DNA of 63,082 nucleotides, the filler included. It is 14 parts of 14 records of this genome, joined end to end, with 100 filler letters (N's around TTAATTAATTAA, not from the genome) between each part and the next. Parts side by side here need not be neighbours in the genome. Positions count along the whole stretch, not along the records: positions 1 to 3,019 come from SRR15195285_5612; positions 3,120 to 6,552 come from SRR15195285_5617; positions 6,653 to 11,756 come from SRR15195285_5619; 11 more parts are not named here. One strand, given 5' to 3'. The notes beneath the pieces were generated by a model, which saw only the letters and a list, made by a program, of their open reading frames with translations, did no database searches and was not told the DNA's origin. Below are positions 1 through 11,117 of the stretch, piece by piece. Position 1 is the first letter of the stretch. Every line of letters starts with the position of its first letter. Position numbers and translations under genes: made by a program.

Positions 1-2
1 AG

Positions 3-2636
3 GCGGAGGAGGAGGAGGAGGAGGAGGAGCTGGACGAAGAGGAGATCGAGCGCCGCGCCAAGGCCAAGGCGAAGGCCGAGATCGAGGCCATGCCCATGCC
101 CCCGATGATTGTGGAGCACCCGATGGCCGAAAAGGGCGTCGGCAAACCCATCTGGCCCATCTTTATGACGGATGACTGCCGTTCGCGCTTCAACATTGCG
201 CAGGGGGCCAGCGAGGAAGATGCCGCCCACTGCTGGGTCGACAAGGAACCGGTGCTGAAGGACATCCAGGTCAACGGCAGCATTTCTGACTGGAAGGATT
301 CTGCGGAGTGGATCGACTCCTGCCCCGGCGACAAGTTCTTCTGCATTTACGATGGCAAAGAGGTGATGGGAGACATGTTCTACCTCGCCACTCCGGCGCA
401 CTCCGAGGTGTATCTCAAGGCCGTCGAAGAAGCAGCGAAGGTGCAGCTGCGGAAGTACAAGGACATGAAGTCCGCGGCGATTCTGGAGGCCGGCCTGTCC
501 GAGTCTGAGGAGGAGGAAGACCCTGACGCGCCTCCGATTGTGATACCGGACATCCAGCCGTCCGGGAGCTGGGAGTCCCAGGGCAGCGAGGAGGCCGTCG
601 CCGCCCTGACTGTCACGACCTCTCGACCGCGACTGACCATGAGCTTCAAGCGTAAGCGCCGTGGGTTCGGCGGCATGGCCATGTTCTACGACCAGGACGC
701 TGCCGAGCTGGATCCACAGGACATCCGGAAGATGTCGATGGAGGATCCGAACTACAAGCTCAAGCGCAAGCTGACGACGACCGCCGTGCAGGCGGTACCG
801 AAGCAAGTGAACGCACCGACGCAGACACCATACTTCCGCAAGCAGAACAGGGTAATCCAGTACGAGCCCATTGCGTGGAACGAGGCTCAGCGCGATGAGG
901 CAATGCAGTCCGACGAGATGGTGAAGTTTTTGGAGATCACGCGCGATCGCTACGAGCTTGCCCTGCAGCAGAACGAGGTGGTCAATCTCTTCGAGGATCC
1001 GTACAAGGATGGCGACGGGGAAGGCCTGGACTTCGCCGAGAAGACAGACGAGGAGATCAGCGAGACGCAGAACTTCCAAGCGAAGAACACGTCGGTGATG
1101 TGCATCGACTTCCAGCCCGGCCGCAAAGGCATCGTTGGTATGTGCGGGCGTGAGCAGGGCTACCTCGACGAGCGTGTCGAAAACGCTGGCGTTTTGGAGA
1201 ACGCCCACATCTTCGTTTACGACTCGACGCAAGCGATTGCGATGGAGCCAATCGTCGTGATGGATGCCCCCGCTGACGTGATGAGCTTCCGCTTCAACCC
1301 GACCATGCCCCACCTTGTGGTCGGCGGCCTCAAGACAGGCCAGGTGTGCATGTGGAACATCGAGGCGGCGCAGCAGCTGCATGATAGCAGGCGTGGCAAG
1401 GCCGACAAGGAAAACGGCGGAAATAGTACCGTCAAGCCGGTCGCATGGTCTCTCTTCTCAAACATTGAGGCCTCTCACATTCAGCCGGTCTCGGATGTAC
1501 AGTGGCTCTCCAAGGGTTTTAAGTATGACGGCAAGGGCAAGGTGGAGGAGAATAACGAGGAGCACCAGCTGCAGTTTGTCTCTGCTTCCCCAGATGGCCT
1601 CATCGTCGTCTGGGATTGCTCGTACGCGGACGACGCCGCGGTGGCCGAGGCGAGAGACGAGGACCCGCTTTCGTACGACTGCCACTGGACACCGATATGG
1701 AAAACTGCGCTGCGGTCGTCGGAGGGGTCGGGCCCGCTCTCAATCGAGCGCCTACGCTGGGGCCCTGGTCTGAGCTGGTGCTGCAGCTCTCAGGAAGGAG
1801 AGGTTGCGCGCGGGGAAGGCCTGCCTCACAACGCTGCGACCAAGACGATCTCATTGCACCACGGTGGTGCGGTCATGGTGGTGGAGCCTTCGCCTTTCCT
1901 GGAGGGGATCTATCTCACCGTCGGCGAGTGGACATTCCACGTCTGGAAGGAGGGGGTTGCACAGCCGCTTTACTCCTCACCGTACTCGCCGGTGTTTTGC
2001 ACGACGGGGTCATGGTCGCCGACACGGCCCGGGATCGTGATGATTGCACGCGCGGACGGCGTGCTGCAGGCGTGGGATCTGCTGTGGAAGATGCCAGAAC
2101 CAGTGGACAGCGTGACTATCAACAACGCCGCGTTGACAACAATGGCGTTCGGGACGGATCCGAAGAGCTCCACGAAAGCCAGTAAGGCGGACAAGGGTCC
2201 GCAGCACCTCGCTGTGGGCGATTCACTCGGTACGATGCATGTGATGCTGATGCCGCGGAATCTGCGCAGGCCGGTGCCGAATGAGAAATCGCTCGTAGAG
2301 GCCCTTCTCAATCGTGAGGTGCAGCGAGTGGCCTACGTGGCAGAGCGAGCGGAGGTGCGAGCAGGCGAGCTAGTTGCCAAGGAAGCGGAGGCGGCTAAAG
2401 TTGCTGCTGCTGCTGCGGCGGCAGAAGCAGAGGCCGCCAAGGCTGCAGCTGCAGCGGGCGGGGGAAGCGGGGGCGAGAATGGCGATGATGTGGACCCTGA
2501 GGCGGCGAAGGCTGCGGCTGCTGAGGCGGCGAAGGAGGCGGAGTTGGCCGCTCTAGAGGAGGAGTATCTCAAGGCAGAGTCTCAGTTCAGGATAGATCTA
2601 GGGCTTGTAGAAGAGGGCGGCGAAGAGGACGAGTAG
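3..2636 (+). CDS. WDR63: Axonemal dynein intermediate chain, WD40 repeat (WDR63/DNAI3/IC140-like); 5'-truncated, intronless
   Basis: The frame is open from the contig start. It has ALQQNEVVNLFED, WD40 repeats (FRFNPTMPHLVVGGLKTGQVCMWNI; SPFLEGIYLTVGEWTFHVWKEG; WSPTRPGIVMIARADG) and a C-terminal LAVGDSLGTMH...PRNLRRP..NE coiled coil typical of WDR63. Confidence 0.85.
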   Translation, partial: AEEEEEEEELDEEEIERRAKAKAKAEIEAMPMPPMIVEHPMAEKGVGKPIWPIFMTDDCRSRFNIAQGASEEDAAHCWVDKEPVLKDIQVNGSISDWKDSAEWIDSCPGDKFFCIYDGKEVMGDMFYLATPAHSEVYLKAVEEAAKVQLRKYKDMKSAAILEAGLSESEEEEDPDAPPIVIPDIQPSGSWESQGSEEAVAALTVTTSRPRLTMSFKRKRRGFGGMAMFYDQDAAELDPQDIRKMSMEDPNYKLKRKLTTTAVQAVPKQVNAPTQTPYFRKQNRVIQYEPIAWNEAQRDEAMQSDEMVKFLEITRDRYELALQQNEVVNLFEDPYKDGDGEGLDFAEKTDEEISETQNFQAKNTSVMCIDFQPGRKGIVGMCGREQGYLDERVENAGVLENAHIFVYDSTQAIAMEPIVVMDAPADVMSFRFNPTMPHLVVGGLKTGQVCMWNIEAAQQLHDSRRGKADKENGGNSTVKPVAWSLFSNIEASHIQPVSDVQWLSKGFKYDGKGKVEENNEEHQLQFVSASPDGLIVVWDCSYADDAAVAEARDEDPLSYDCHWTPIWKTALRSSEGSGPLSIERLRWGPGLSWCCSSQEGEVARGEGLPHNAATKTISLHHGGAVMVVEPSPFLEGIYLTVGEWTFHVWKEGVAQPLYSSPYSPVFCTTGSWSPTRPGIVMIARADGVLQAWDLLWKMPEPVDSVTINNAALTTMAFGTDPKSSTKASKADKGPQHLAVGDSLGTMHVMLMPRNLRRPVPNEKSLVEALLNREVQRVAYVAERAEVRAGELVAKEAEAAKVAAAAAAAEAEAAKAAAAAGGGSGGENGDDVDPEAAKAAAAEAAKEAELAALEEEYLKAESQFRIDLGLVEEGGEEDE

Positions 2637-2969
2637 AGCCGCTGACGAGACGCACCAAGTGGGCGCTCACTCCAGCTGAGTGGTATGCGTCGCGTTGAGT
2701 GTGTAGCAATTGTGACAAATCATTCATTTCCTTCAGCGAGCAACAGGCACAGTCACCCACAACAAAATTGTGCGGACACCACGATCTTGGTGTCAACGCG
2801 TGGTCAGTGTCTCATCACATGGTCAGTGTCTTTTCGCTGCTGTCGTCATCGTCGTCGTCGTCGCCGTCACTCCCACCACCACTGTCGTCCTCGTCATCAA
2901 TAGAATCCAAAGATCGCTCGTTCCATCGCCATCGTTGCCAGCTGGATTATCCCTGTCGTCGATTTTGGG

Positions 2970-3019
2970 TGGCTCTTGCTCTTGCTCTTGCTCTGGCTCC
3001 GGCTCTGGCTCTGGCTCTG
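2970..3019. repeat. Hexamer microsatellite (CTCTTG/CTCTGG)n at contig end; reads EPEPEP/EQEQ on the minus strand
   Basis: Directly visible tandem 6-mers. Confidence 0.9.
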
Positions 3020-3119
3020 NNNNNNNNNNNNNNNNNNNNNNNNNNNNNNNNNNNNNNNNNNNNTTAATTAATTAANNNNNNNNNNNNNNNNNNNNNNNNN
3101 NNNNNNNNNNNNNNNNNNN
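3020..3119. other. Artificial contig spacer (N44-TTAATTAATTAA-N44). Identical spacers at 6553-6652, 11757-11856, 17096-17195, 20618-20717, 23973-24072, 27864-27963, 31589-31688, 34751-34850, 39990-40089, 44345-44444, 48312-48411, 52194-52293
   Basis: Thirteen identical 100-nt blocks carrying a six-frame stop linker; genes are cut off at them. Confidence 0.99.
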
Positions 3120-3164
3120 GGCTGAGGGCTGAGGGCTGAGGGCTGAGGGGCTGAGGGCTGAGGG
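3120..3164 (+). repeat. (GGGCTGA)n minisatellite at contig start
   Basis: About 6 tandem copies of a 7-8-mer with GGG runs. Confidence 0.9.
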
Positions 3165-3169
3165 TCGAG

Positions 3170-3901
3170 ATGCTCAACTCGTCGATGCGCTCGACGAGCT
3201 CGGCGGCGGCGGCGTCGGCTGAGGCGCTCTCTGCTGCGGAGCTTGCGGCGGGGGAGAGCCGCAGGACCAAGCGCGCCATCGCGGAGAAGAAGCGCAGGGA
3301 GCGGCAGTTCCGGCAGGATATGCAGAAGCGGCTGCAGCAGAAGGTGGCGCCGAGCGGCAAGGCGGAGACGCCGGAGCGCAAGGCGGTGCTCGCGGAGCGG
3401 CGGCGGAACGAGATGAAGAGCGACCGGCGCAGGGTGCAAGAGCGAGTGCGTAGGGAGAGGATGGAGGCCGAGCAGAAGCGTCGCGAGGCCGACGTACAAT
3501 ACCGCGTGCAGGCGCCCGTCCGCACGGCGGAGGTGCAGCACCTGCACGAGCTGGCGGCCGAGCAGCGGGAGCGGCAGATGCAGGAGGCACAGCTGCTGCA
3601 GGCAGAGATGATGCAAAGGGCTGAGGCGGATGCCAAGCCGAGCTTGGAGAAGCTGGCGGCGAAGCGCTACAACAAAGCCGTGCGCGCCGCGCTCACGGAC
3701 AAGATCGCTGCGCTCCCGCAGGAGCTACCGCCGCTGTCGCCGTCCGGCTGCACGCTGGCGCCGTCGACATGCGACGACACGCCGCTGTGCTGGGGCGTGA
3801 ACGGCTGGACCGAGCCCGCCGCGAACTGCCCCTTCAAATCGGACGTGGGCACACATGATGCACTGCTGCGGCAAATGGTGGCGCAGTGGGCGGCTCAGTG
3901 A
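3170..3901 (+). CDS. Coiled-coil protein, CCDC15-like (centriolar); possibly 5'-partial
   Basis: A charged coiled coil is followed by RY..A.RA.L..KI....LPPL...C...AANCPF....H..LL, which resembles the CCDC15 C-terminal motif as I recall it. Confidence 0.5.
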   Translation: MLNSSMRSTSSAAAASAEALSAAELAAGESRRTKRAIAEKKRRERQFRQDMQKRLQQKVAPSGKAETPERKAVLAERRRNEMKSDRRRVQERVRRERMEAEQKRREADVQYRVQAPVRTAEVQHLHELAAEQRERQMQEAQLLQAEMMQRAEADAKPSLEKLAAKRYNKAVRAALTDKIAALPQELPPLSPSGCTLAPSTCDDTPLCWGVNGWTEPAANCPFKSDVGTHDALLRQMVAQWAAQ

Positions 3902-4329
3902 CGGGTCTCTTATGCACGTATGTTTTGCGCGCCTACGGCGCCTGCGCGTGACAATTCCGCGTATACGCAGCATACAATGGCAGTCTCGACCCGCACTCAT
4001 GAGCGGCTTGTGGAATGAAAAGCAACGTGGAAGGCTCTAAATTTTACACTAGGAGTCACCGTGCTCCCCACAATGTGTGCCTCGGCCGAGCACCTGGTAG
4101 CTGCTACCCATTTCTCGCCGAGCCGATAGCTTCGCCGCAAGCCAGGTGTATTTTCAAAACCAACCCGACCGGCGACAAGATACACGCACTGAGTCATACA
4201 TCGCGCACGGAGAGAGACTGCGAGACAGGACTCGCTAGGAGCCTGCACTGCGGACTCGTAACCTGAAGCATGGAGCATCTGAGTTCTGGCGGCTGAGTAA
4301 GCACTCTCCTGGATGGCAACTCCCTGGAC

Positions 4330-5769
4330 TCATTGCGAGATGATGTCGCAGTGCACGGTGAGGTTAAAGAACGGCTGCGAGGCGTTGATGTCACAGCCTG
4401 GCATCGGCTGGATAACTTTCTTCACCACCACCAGCGCGCCGGTCACTGATCGCCCGCCCCATTTCGGATTGGCCTGTAGGAACGGTCGCCGCAGCGCGTC
4501 GTGCACAGTAATGTCATTGAGCTCGAGCCCCGAATCGCCGTAGCCGGCTAGGCTGTCCAACCCAATTGGGGCATATAGCTGTGGTGTAAAACCCGGTTGA
4601 TTGGAGTACGGCGACAGCTCACCGACGGCAGTTGCAGTGTCGTGCAGTGTCACATTCGAAAATATAAGGTGAAAATCACAGCCTGGCTCGCAGCGATTGG
4701 TTGGGGAAGCATCGTTGGCTAGCAGCTCGTCCCAGACATAGATGCCATCAAATGCGGTGTTTGTCACGGTCGAGTCCCGGACTATAATCGATCCTCCAGG
4801 AGGGTGGAGCCGACCAAACACAAACCCGCCGGAATGTGGGTGAGCCGAGGAGCCGACCACGTAGTAGCGCTCGATGAGCACCGAAATATTGTGAGCATCG
4901 CCAGAGTTGAGCCAGCTCTGCAATCCGTGACCGGTATTGTTCACAGCGTGGCAGTCCCGAATGGTGATGTTTTCTAGGTCGTAGTACGCACCATCAGGCT
5001 CGAGATCGATTCCCGCAGCAGGTGCCGTGCCATGAGTGTTGGAAAAATTGGAGCGCTCTACCAGCAGGTCTTTTGCTCCAATGATCGACAGTCCTTGCCT
5101 GTAGTTGCCGTCTGCGTTCACCTCCGTGAGTGTTACCCGCTCGCACTGGTCGATGTAAATCCCATCTCCGCCACTCTGCTCTATGTTGAGTGGGCCTTTG
5201 ATCGTCATGTCACGGCAGCGTTCAAACGCGCTTTCGTTGTTTGCCTCATGCCCAAGATAGATGCCCATCCGCCACTCCCCTTTCATATACTCCGTCGAGT
5301 TCATGTAGTCCTGCTTCCACATGCGGATTGTAGCACCACGGTCTCCACTGATGGTTACATTGTGGGTTGCCTTTACCCGAATCATTGAATCGCTTGTCCC
5401 GTGAAAGCAGGTGTCCTGTCCAGCCTTTCTGCAGGCTCTGCCTCGCTTGGCGTGCAAGAATGCGTTGCTCTCAAACCTCAACACGCTGTCGTTGCTATGA
5501 ATGAAGAGTGGCCGCGCGATCCATGGCGAAGATGATGACAAGTTGCGCAGCACGACAGTTTTTGCCGAGCTGTTCAGAGCTGCTTGAATCACATCGGTGT
5601 GATCAGGCTGCCCTGCGGCGTCTCGAGCCCCGAAGCCACTTCCGCACTCGTCCACGAACACCACGCCGTCGCGCACGCTACATTTTACTGGCTGCGTTGC
5701 AGCCTTGGCTGTACTGCTGGCCCGAGCAACAAGAGGCAGAGCCCCGAAGAGCACGATCAGATGCAGCAT
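4330..5769 (-). CDS. Secreted right-handed parallel beta-helix (pectin-lyase fold) protein, intronless
   Basis: Signal peptide MLHLIVLFGALPLVARA from ATG 5769. Motifs GDGIYI, NYRQGLSII, FSNTHGTAPAAGIDLEPD and NNTGHG are typical of bacterial beta-helix proteins. Confidence 0.8.
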   Translation of the reverse strand: MLHLIVLFGALPLVARASSTAKAATQPVKCSVRDGVVFVDECGSGFGARDAAGQPDHTDVIQAALNSSAKTVVLRNLSSSSPWIARPLFIHSNDSVLRFESNAFLHAKRGRACRKAGQDTCFHGTSDSMIRVKATHNVTISGDRGATIRMWKQDYMNSTEYMKGEWRMGIYLGHEANNESAFERCRDMTIKGPLNIEQSGGDGIYIDQCERVTLTEVNADGNYRQGLSIIGAKDLLVERSNFSNTHGTAPAAGIDLEPDGAYYDLENITIRDCHAVNNTGHGLQSWLNSGDAHNISVLIERYYVVGSSAHPHSGGFVFGRLHPPGGSIIVRDSTVTNTAFDGIYVWDELLANDASPTNRCEPGCDFHLIFSNVTLHDTATAVGELSPYSNQPGFTPQLYAPIGLDSLAGYGDSGLELNDITVHDALRRPFLQANPKWGGRSVTGALVVVKKVIQPMPGCDINASQPFFNLTVHCDIISQ

Positions 5770-7089
5770 CGCGCGACGTCGTCGTCGGTCACGGCCTCGT
5801 GACGGAATGCCCGGCCGCGCATGCGCAGCGCGCCGGACGGACGCCGCGCGCCGCCCACCGCGCACGCCGCCGGGCGCATGCGCACCCCGCGCCCGCGCAA
5901 GCAATCCCGCGCCCGCGCCGCGCGGGATTGCTTCGTCGATTTGAGGGCGCCCGCGGCGATTCACGAAATCCCGTCACTTTTTGCGCAAAAAGCGAAAAGC
6001 GCATATTCCAATAGAACTTCCATCACAATTGCGAATTGGACGGTTCAAAATCATGAATGCTGAGCAATCTCGTGGTGAGGCCAAGTCGATTCTCACGTGT
6101 GTGTACGCACGAGTAGTTCCGGACCAGAGGAATTCCTATCGGATGAATACAGAATACAGAATACTATACTATTATACTCTGAGTAGTCGACAGCTCGACA
6201 CGTTCGTCGAGCTCCGCAGCCCACGCAGGAACAGAAGGCAGATGGGGAGAGGCGCTTGCAAAAGCCACACCCACGGTATGCCAGACCGGATGGGTGCTGC
6301 GCTGCGTGCCACGCGACGGGCACGCCAGAAGGCATGCCAGAGCCACGGCCAGTCACCAACAGCTCGCACACGCGACCCATCAGCATAGGCAGCGTGGAGG
6401 CCCGCATGACGGAAAGGGCAGAAGCTTTCTGCTCCTCGCACGACGAGCGACTGAGAGCGATTGTGTGGCTGGGGAATCATGAAGGGGAGGAGACGATGGT
6501 GGGCAAGATCAACATTGGCAGGCAGGCTGCGCTACACAATGACGTGGGGGGGNNNNNNNNNNNNNNNNNNNNNNNNNNNNNNNNNNNNNNNNNNNNTTAA
6601 TTAATTAANNNNNNNNNNNNNNNNNNNNNNNNNNNNNNNNNNNNNNNNNNNNAGCAGCAGCAGCAGGAGGAGGAGGAGGAGCTACAGGAGGTGCCGTCAC
6701 GTGAGGGGGATGGGCATCATCATCGCGTCCACCCTCGCGGCCATCGCCAGCCTCACCTGCTCAGCCAGCCCTCGAATACAGCTGTACCTTAGGTACAGTA
6801 AAGTAGTCCCGCGATCTGGGAACATCAGAATGGTACTGTTTTCCAATACAGACCGCACAAGCAGAAAAAGCAAGAGGAACGCGATTGCTTTTGCATGAAC
6901 ATCGGACAGGAATGAGGAGAGTCGAGTCCATTTGAGAGTGGAGACTGAGCGTCCCCTGAATGGCACTGTTTTCCAATACAGACTCGAGACTGCGCATCTC
7001 CGCCGCGAGGGGGCCTATCCATATGTGCCAAAAGTTGCCACGCGCGTGCGCGTCGCGTTCCGCGCCCGGGTCGCTGCTCGCTGTCCCTC

Positions 7090-8173
7090 ATGGCTGGTAG
7101 CCCTCCGTGCATCTCCGTGCCCCGCGTGGACGGCGAGCTCGGGCTGGATATTGGCTTGGAATGCCCCAGCAAGTACGCAGCCTGCAAGGCCCAGCCATTC
7201 CTCGTCCCGAAGACGCTGGAGCAGCGTGAGTGAGACGAAGAGCCCACCTGCACACACTGCACTGGCGTGCAGTACGCGTACTGTACAATTCGAATGTGTT
7301 GGCCGCAATGTGCCACTAGTCATCGTAACCCCACAGCTGGTTGGTGCCTGGGCGAGCAGCGGCTGAGACTGGGGTTGCTCGGGTTGGCTGCACGGAGACG
7401 CAGCTCTGTGTCTATGCGTACATGCAGGACTCCCACATCTTCTCTTGCGCGAAGGCGGACCAGGAGAAGATGTGGACCCTCGGTGACACTCTTGAAGTGT
7501 TCGTCAAACCGTAAGAATGTCGCCGCAGCCTGCGCCAGCGTGCAGTTGTAACACCGTGGCGTCGTTTCACAGAGGAGATGATCGGAGCGATTACTGGGAG
7601 GTGCACGTCAGCGCGAACGACTTTCTGATGGACATTCATATCCCTGAGCGTGGTGGTGGCGCACCGTGGTCAGAGCTGATCGCACCGTGTACAGGTACGA
7701 TGCCATCGTCAAACCATGCCATAGCTTCGCTTGCACACAGCAGCTGTGTGCTAAAGATTACTGGGTGAACAATACTGCAGGCGCTACCCGACTTGTGAAG
7801 GTGTCTACAGGCTCATGGGCTGTGGAGCTATGCATCCCGTTCCTGGCGTTCGGTGCCGGCCATCCACCTCCCAACAAGTGGAGTATCGCTGTCTGTCGAT
7901 ACAATTACGGACCGGGAGAGGACGGCAAGGGAAATATCGTGAAAGACGGTGATCAGGGCAGTGGTGTACGCAGCGCGCACCAACAGTGACAGCACCAATC
8001 ATTTCGAAGTGCCCTGACACAATCTGCACGGCTTTCTGCTACTGACCCCTTGTCTTGACCGTGTGCAGGGCAAAGAGGAGCTCTCAGCCGCTGCGCGGTT
8101 CATCGAGTTTAAAAACGGCTATCACTCATACGAAGAGTTTACGCAGATGGACTTCTCCGGCGCCGCGCTGTAG
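7090..8173 (+). CDS. Carbohydrate-binding family 9-like (DOMON-fold) protein, multi-exon
   Basis: Spliced reading gives LCVYAYMQD..W.LGDTLEVFVKP|GDDRSDYWEVHVSAN...WAVELCIPF...WSIAVCRYNY...YHSYEEFTQMDF; GT-AG introns; some junctions are approximate. Confidence 0.65.
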
Positions 8174-8590
8174 GTAGTCACAACCGTGGCGCGTGGCCAC
8201 TTGCTGTATGTGTCTCACGCCTGTGCCCAGTGTCATGCGCTCAGCCATGATTGATTTCTGGGACCCCAACATTGGTGTCCCACGCTCACAGCAGAAATTC
8301 CTTTCAAATGTAATGCGTTCTGCGATGCGTTCTGCGACTCGGAAAACGGCTTGATAGAATTCAATGTAGAGACAGTGGTAGGGGGACATGCTTTACAGTG
8401 CACTGAATTCATTGTGCCTGCTTGACTACAGCTTGCGGCGCTTCGCGTGAGGCGCTTCACTGGCGTCACGGTTCTTTTGCTTCTTGCTTTCCTTCTTCAT
8501 CATGCAGCCGAGATACATTCATACTTCTGCCCCTTATCCGCCCGGTCGCCGATCGTCTCTGCCAGCATCGCAATGGAACATTGGATAAAT

Positions 8591-8686
8591 TTGTTGGATA
8601 ACCGAACGTCATTGTTGGATGGTGGAGCGTCATTGTTGGACGCCATTGCGATGTTGGATAGCCGAGCGTCATTGTTGGACGCAGCT
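8591..8686 (+). repeat. Degenerate 21-nt tandem repeat (TTGTTGGAYNNNNRRCGTCA-like) inside a short ORF
   Basis: Units start at 8591, 8612, 8633, 8651 and 8672. Confidence 0.75.
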
Positions 8687-9020
8687 AGTGCCCATCTTCG
8701 ACGCAACGTCATCTTGCAGCGCCTCGAGCAGTGCATTCGAGTCCGATAGTAGAGCCTATCGTGCGTGACAGTATTGATCCGCAAACAAGAAACCAGACCA
8801 AAGGTTACCCATGTTCCAGCAACACCAATATGCGGCGCGATGGAAGTTCTTGGGAAGAATGGATTCTAGCAAACGCGCAAGCATCGTTGGGAAGAGCCAT
8901 GGTTAGCTCAATCTTGAGATCGTACTTACCTCCAAGCCTTGGACCAGCTCCGTGGCCAGCACAGATGGCTCCAATGACTTCTGCGCCTGCCGTCGAGCTG
9001 CCCGGATGGAGGCGGCATCG

Positions 9021-10904
9021 TTACCACTCGCGCTGACTCCGCCGCCAATCAACGTCTGCAACAAAAGCAAACCACACAAATGCTACATGTTGGTTTCTAG
9101 TCCAGCCGAGCGGCCTGGCAGAGTTCGGGCAAGCGCACCTGCAGATCTGGAGGGTCCCCCGCAGCCACCGCCTGTACACCAGGATCGACAGTCCATGCCA
9201 TGTATCACATTTGATGTACAACACAGGGTTGTATCGGCAGGCTAGCAGGCAGATGATACCACTACGCACCGAGCAAAGGCTCGTGAGGCTGCCCGTCACT
9301 GAGCGACTGTGGCGCAGGGTCGCATGGGCGTGTAGGAGAGTCGTCGCCGTCGATTCGTGCCCTGCCACCGTCTCTCGTAGCTGGGTGAGCTCCGTCTCCA
9401 GGGAGCTGCACTTTACCTCTGCGTGTGTTGCACGCTGCGTGGTGGTCTCGAGCTCCGCCTCGGCCTTCATAGCTCGTTCACGGAGATCCTGGCTTTCCGT
9501 CCGGAGGGCCAGAACTTTGTCTAGCAGCTGCGCTTCCTGCTGCTCGCTGTCCTGCTCGTTTTTCGCCGTCGCCTCCGCAAGCTGTTCTTTCAGCTCCGTC
9601 AGCTTTGCGTCGGCCTGCTCTAGCAGCGCACTTTGGCGATGCAGCGTGTCGTGCGATATGCGCACAGAGTCGGTGAGCTCATGCTCGCGCTTCCGTAGCA
9701 TCTCGACCTCCGCCAACAGCGCTTGCCCTTGCGCGGCCTTCGAATCTAAGGTGAGCAGCTGCTGCTCCTGCGCCTCGACAATCTGTCGTAGGTGCCGCAC
9801 GTTCTGCTCGTACTCGGTCTCCTTCTCTGCGAGGCGCTCCGCCGCCACAACCCCCACTGTGTCCCGGCGCTGCTGCCTCTCGGTCTGCAGGGCGGTGACC
9901 GTGCGCTGGGACGTGCCAAGCTCCTCCCTCAGCTGGCGCAGCGCTGCAGCGTCCTGCGTTGTCTGGCCCCGCAGCTGCTCGTTCTCGTCTCGCAGGGCCT
10001 GCCACTGCCCACCGTCTGCGCCGTTCTGTGGCTGCGGGTGCGTCGGCAGATTGCCGTTGAGCTGCTCTTGCATGGCAATTTGCCGCCGCACGCCAGCGTC
10101 GTGCGCAGCGGACAGCCGCTGCAGCGCGAGGTCACGCTCTGCGAGATCGTGATGCAGCCTCGCGATTTGCTCTTTCGCCTGCTTCAGCTGCGGAGCTTCG
10201 TCGGCCGCGACCAGCCCGGGGTGCGGCCCCGTACTAGTAGATGCGCCCACGCTCGCAGGCGCCGTCGCAGCGTCGTCGCTCCCGCCCATGCGACGGCCAA
10301 CCGTAGCCGGAGCGCAGCCGCGCTCGCGGGCGCCCAGAACGAGTGCCGCAGGCGGCGAGGCGTTGACCGGGCGTGCCGAGAGCCCCTTGCGCGCGCCAGA
10401 TGACGGGTGGCCTCGCGGCGTCGCCGTCGGCGCGACCGTGCGCGGCAGCCCCGGCTCCGCACCCGCACTGTGCGGCGCGTGCGACCCCTGCCGCAGCTGA
10501 GGCGTGGGGTGGACCTGGGGTATCGGGCGCATCAGCGCGGCGTCTTCGGGCATGTACTTGCGCAGCAGCCGCAGCTCGTCCTCGGAGAGGTTGGCCGCGG
10601 CGCCAGCAGGCTGATCAGCGGGGGGGCTGCGAGCTGCAGGCGCGCGAGCACAACGAGAGAGGTGTGAGACGACGAAGGGCGGGCCACGGCAAGCGCCATG
10701 CGGAGGGATCCTTCACAAGGGGGGAGAGATAGCACGCGCACCGTCGACCGTCGCCGAAAACGCGTCCGCCCTCGGCGGCGGCGGCGATGTCGCCGCTGCC
10801 GCTGCCGTCGGTGGCGGCTGCGCCATGAGCCGATGGATCTCATCGCGCATCTGCTGCAGCCACTTCCCGTCGCCGCCGCTGCCGCCGCGCATCTCCGCCT
10901 CCAT
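9021..10904 (-). CDS. Long coiled-coil protein of unknown function; intron 10634-10741; 3' exon structure uncertain
   Basis: Exon 1 (MEAEMRGG...) joins in phase through a GT-AG intron to an E/Q/L/A-rich heptad ORF. Confidence 0.65.
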
Positions 10905-11117
10905 CCTCCCTGTCGGTGGGCGCCCTGCCCTAACCAGCCATCTACCTCACCACCACCACCAACACCGCCGCCGTTGCTGCCGCCCCTATGGATACAGCTC
11001 AGCCCCTCAGCCGCCTCTACCTCCTCATCAGCCCATCACCATCTCACGGAGAGAGCCCGCCTGCCCGTCCGCCTCTGCTGCGCCTCTCCCACACCTTCCT
11101 CGCGAACACCGCTCAAT

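Noticed and set aside
2816-3019. 3' end of an acidic minus-strand gene
   Set aside because: The EPEP part and the DDED part are in different frames with no clear intron between them, so no model could be supported.
3120-3164. (GGGCTGA)n as a telomere
   Set aside because: The G-rich strand points into the contig rather than towards its end, and the tract is short; treated as a minisatellite with G-quadruplex potential.
5770-5964. Arg/Ala-rich N-terminal extensions given by the ORF track (also 28691-28828, 39583-39687, 52561-52737)
   Set aside because: They are read-through of GC-rich promoter sequence from non-preferred starts; a downstream ATG, usually followed by a signal peptide, is more plausible.
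9211-10152. Long antisense ORFs (also 14731-15723, 50510-51286, 52654-53694)
   Set aside because: They mirror real genes on the opposite strand and have implausible composition.
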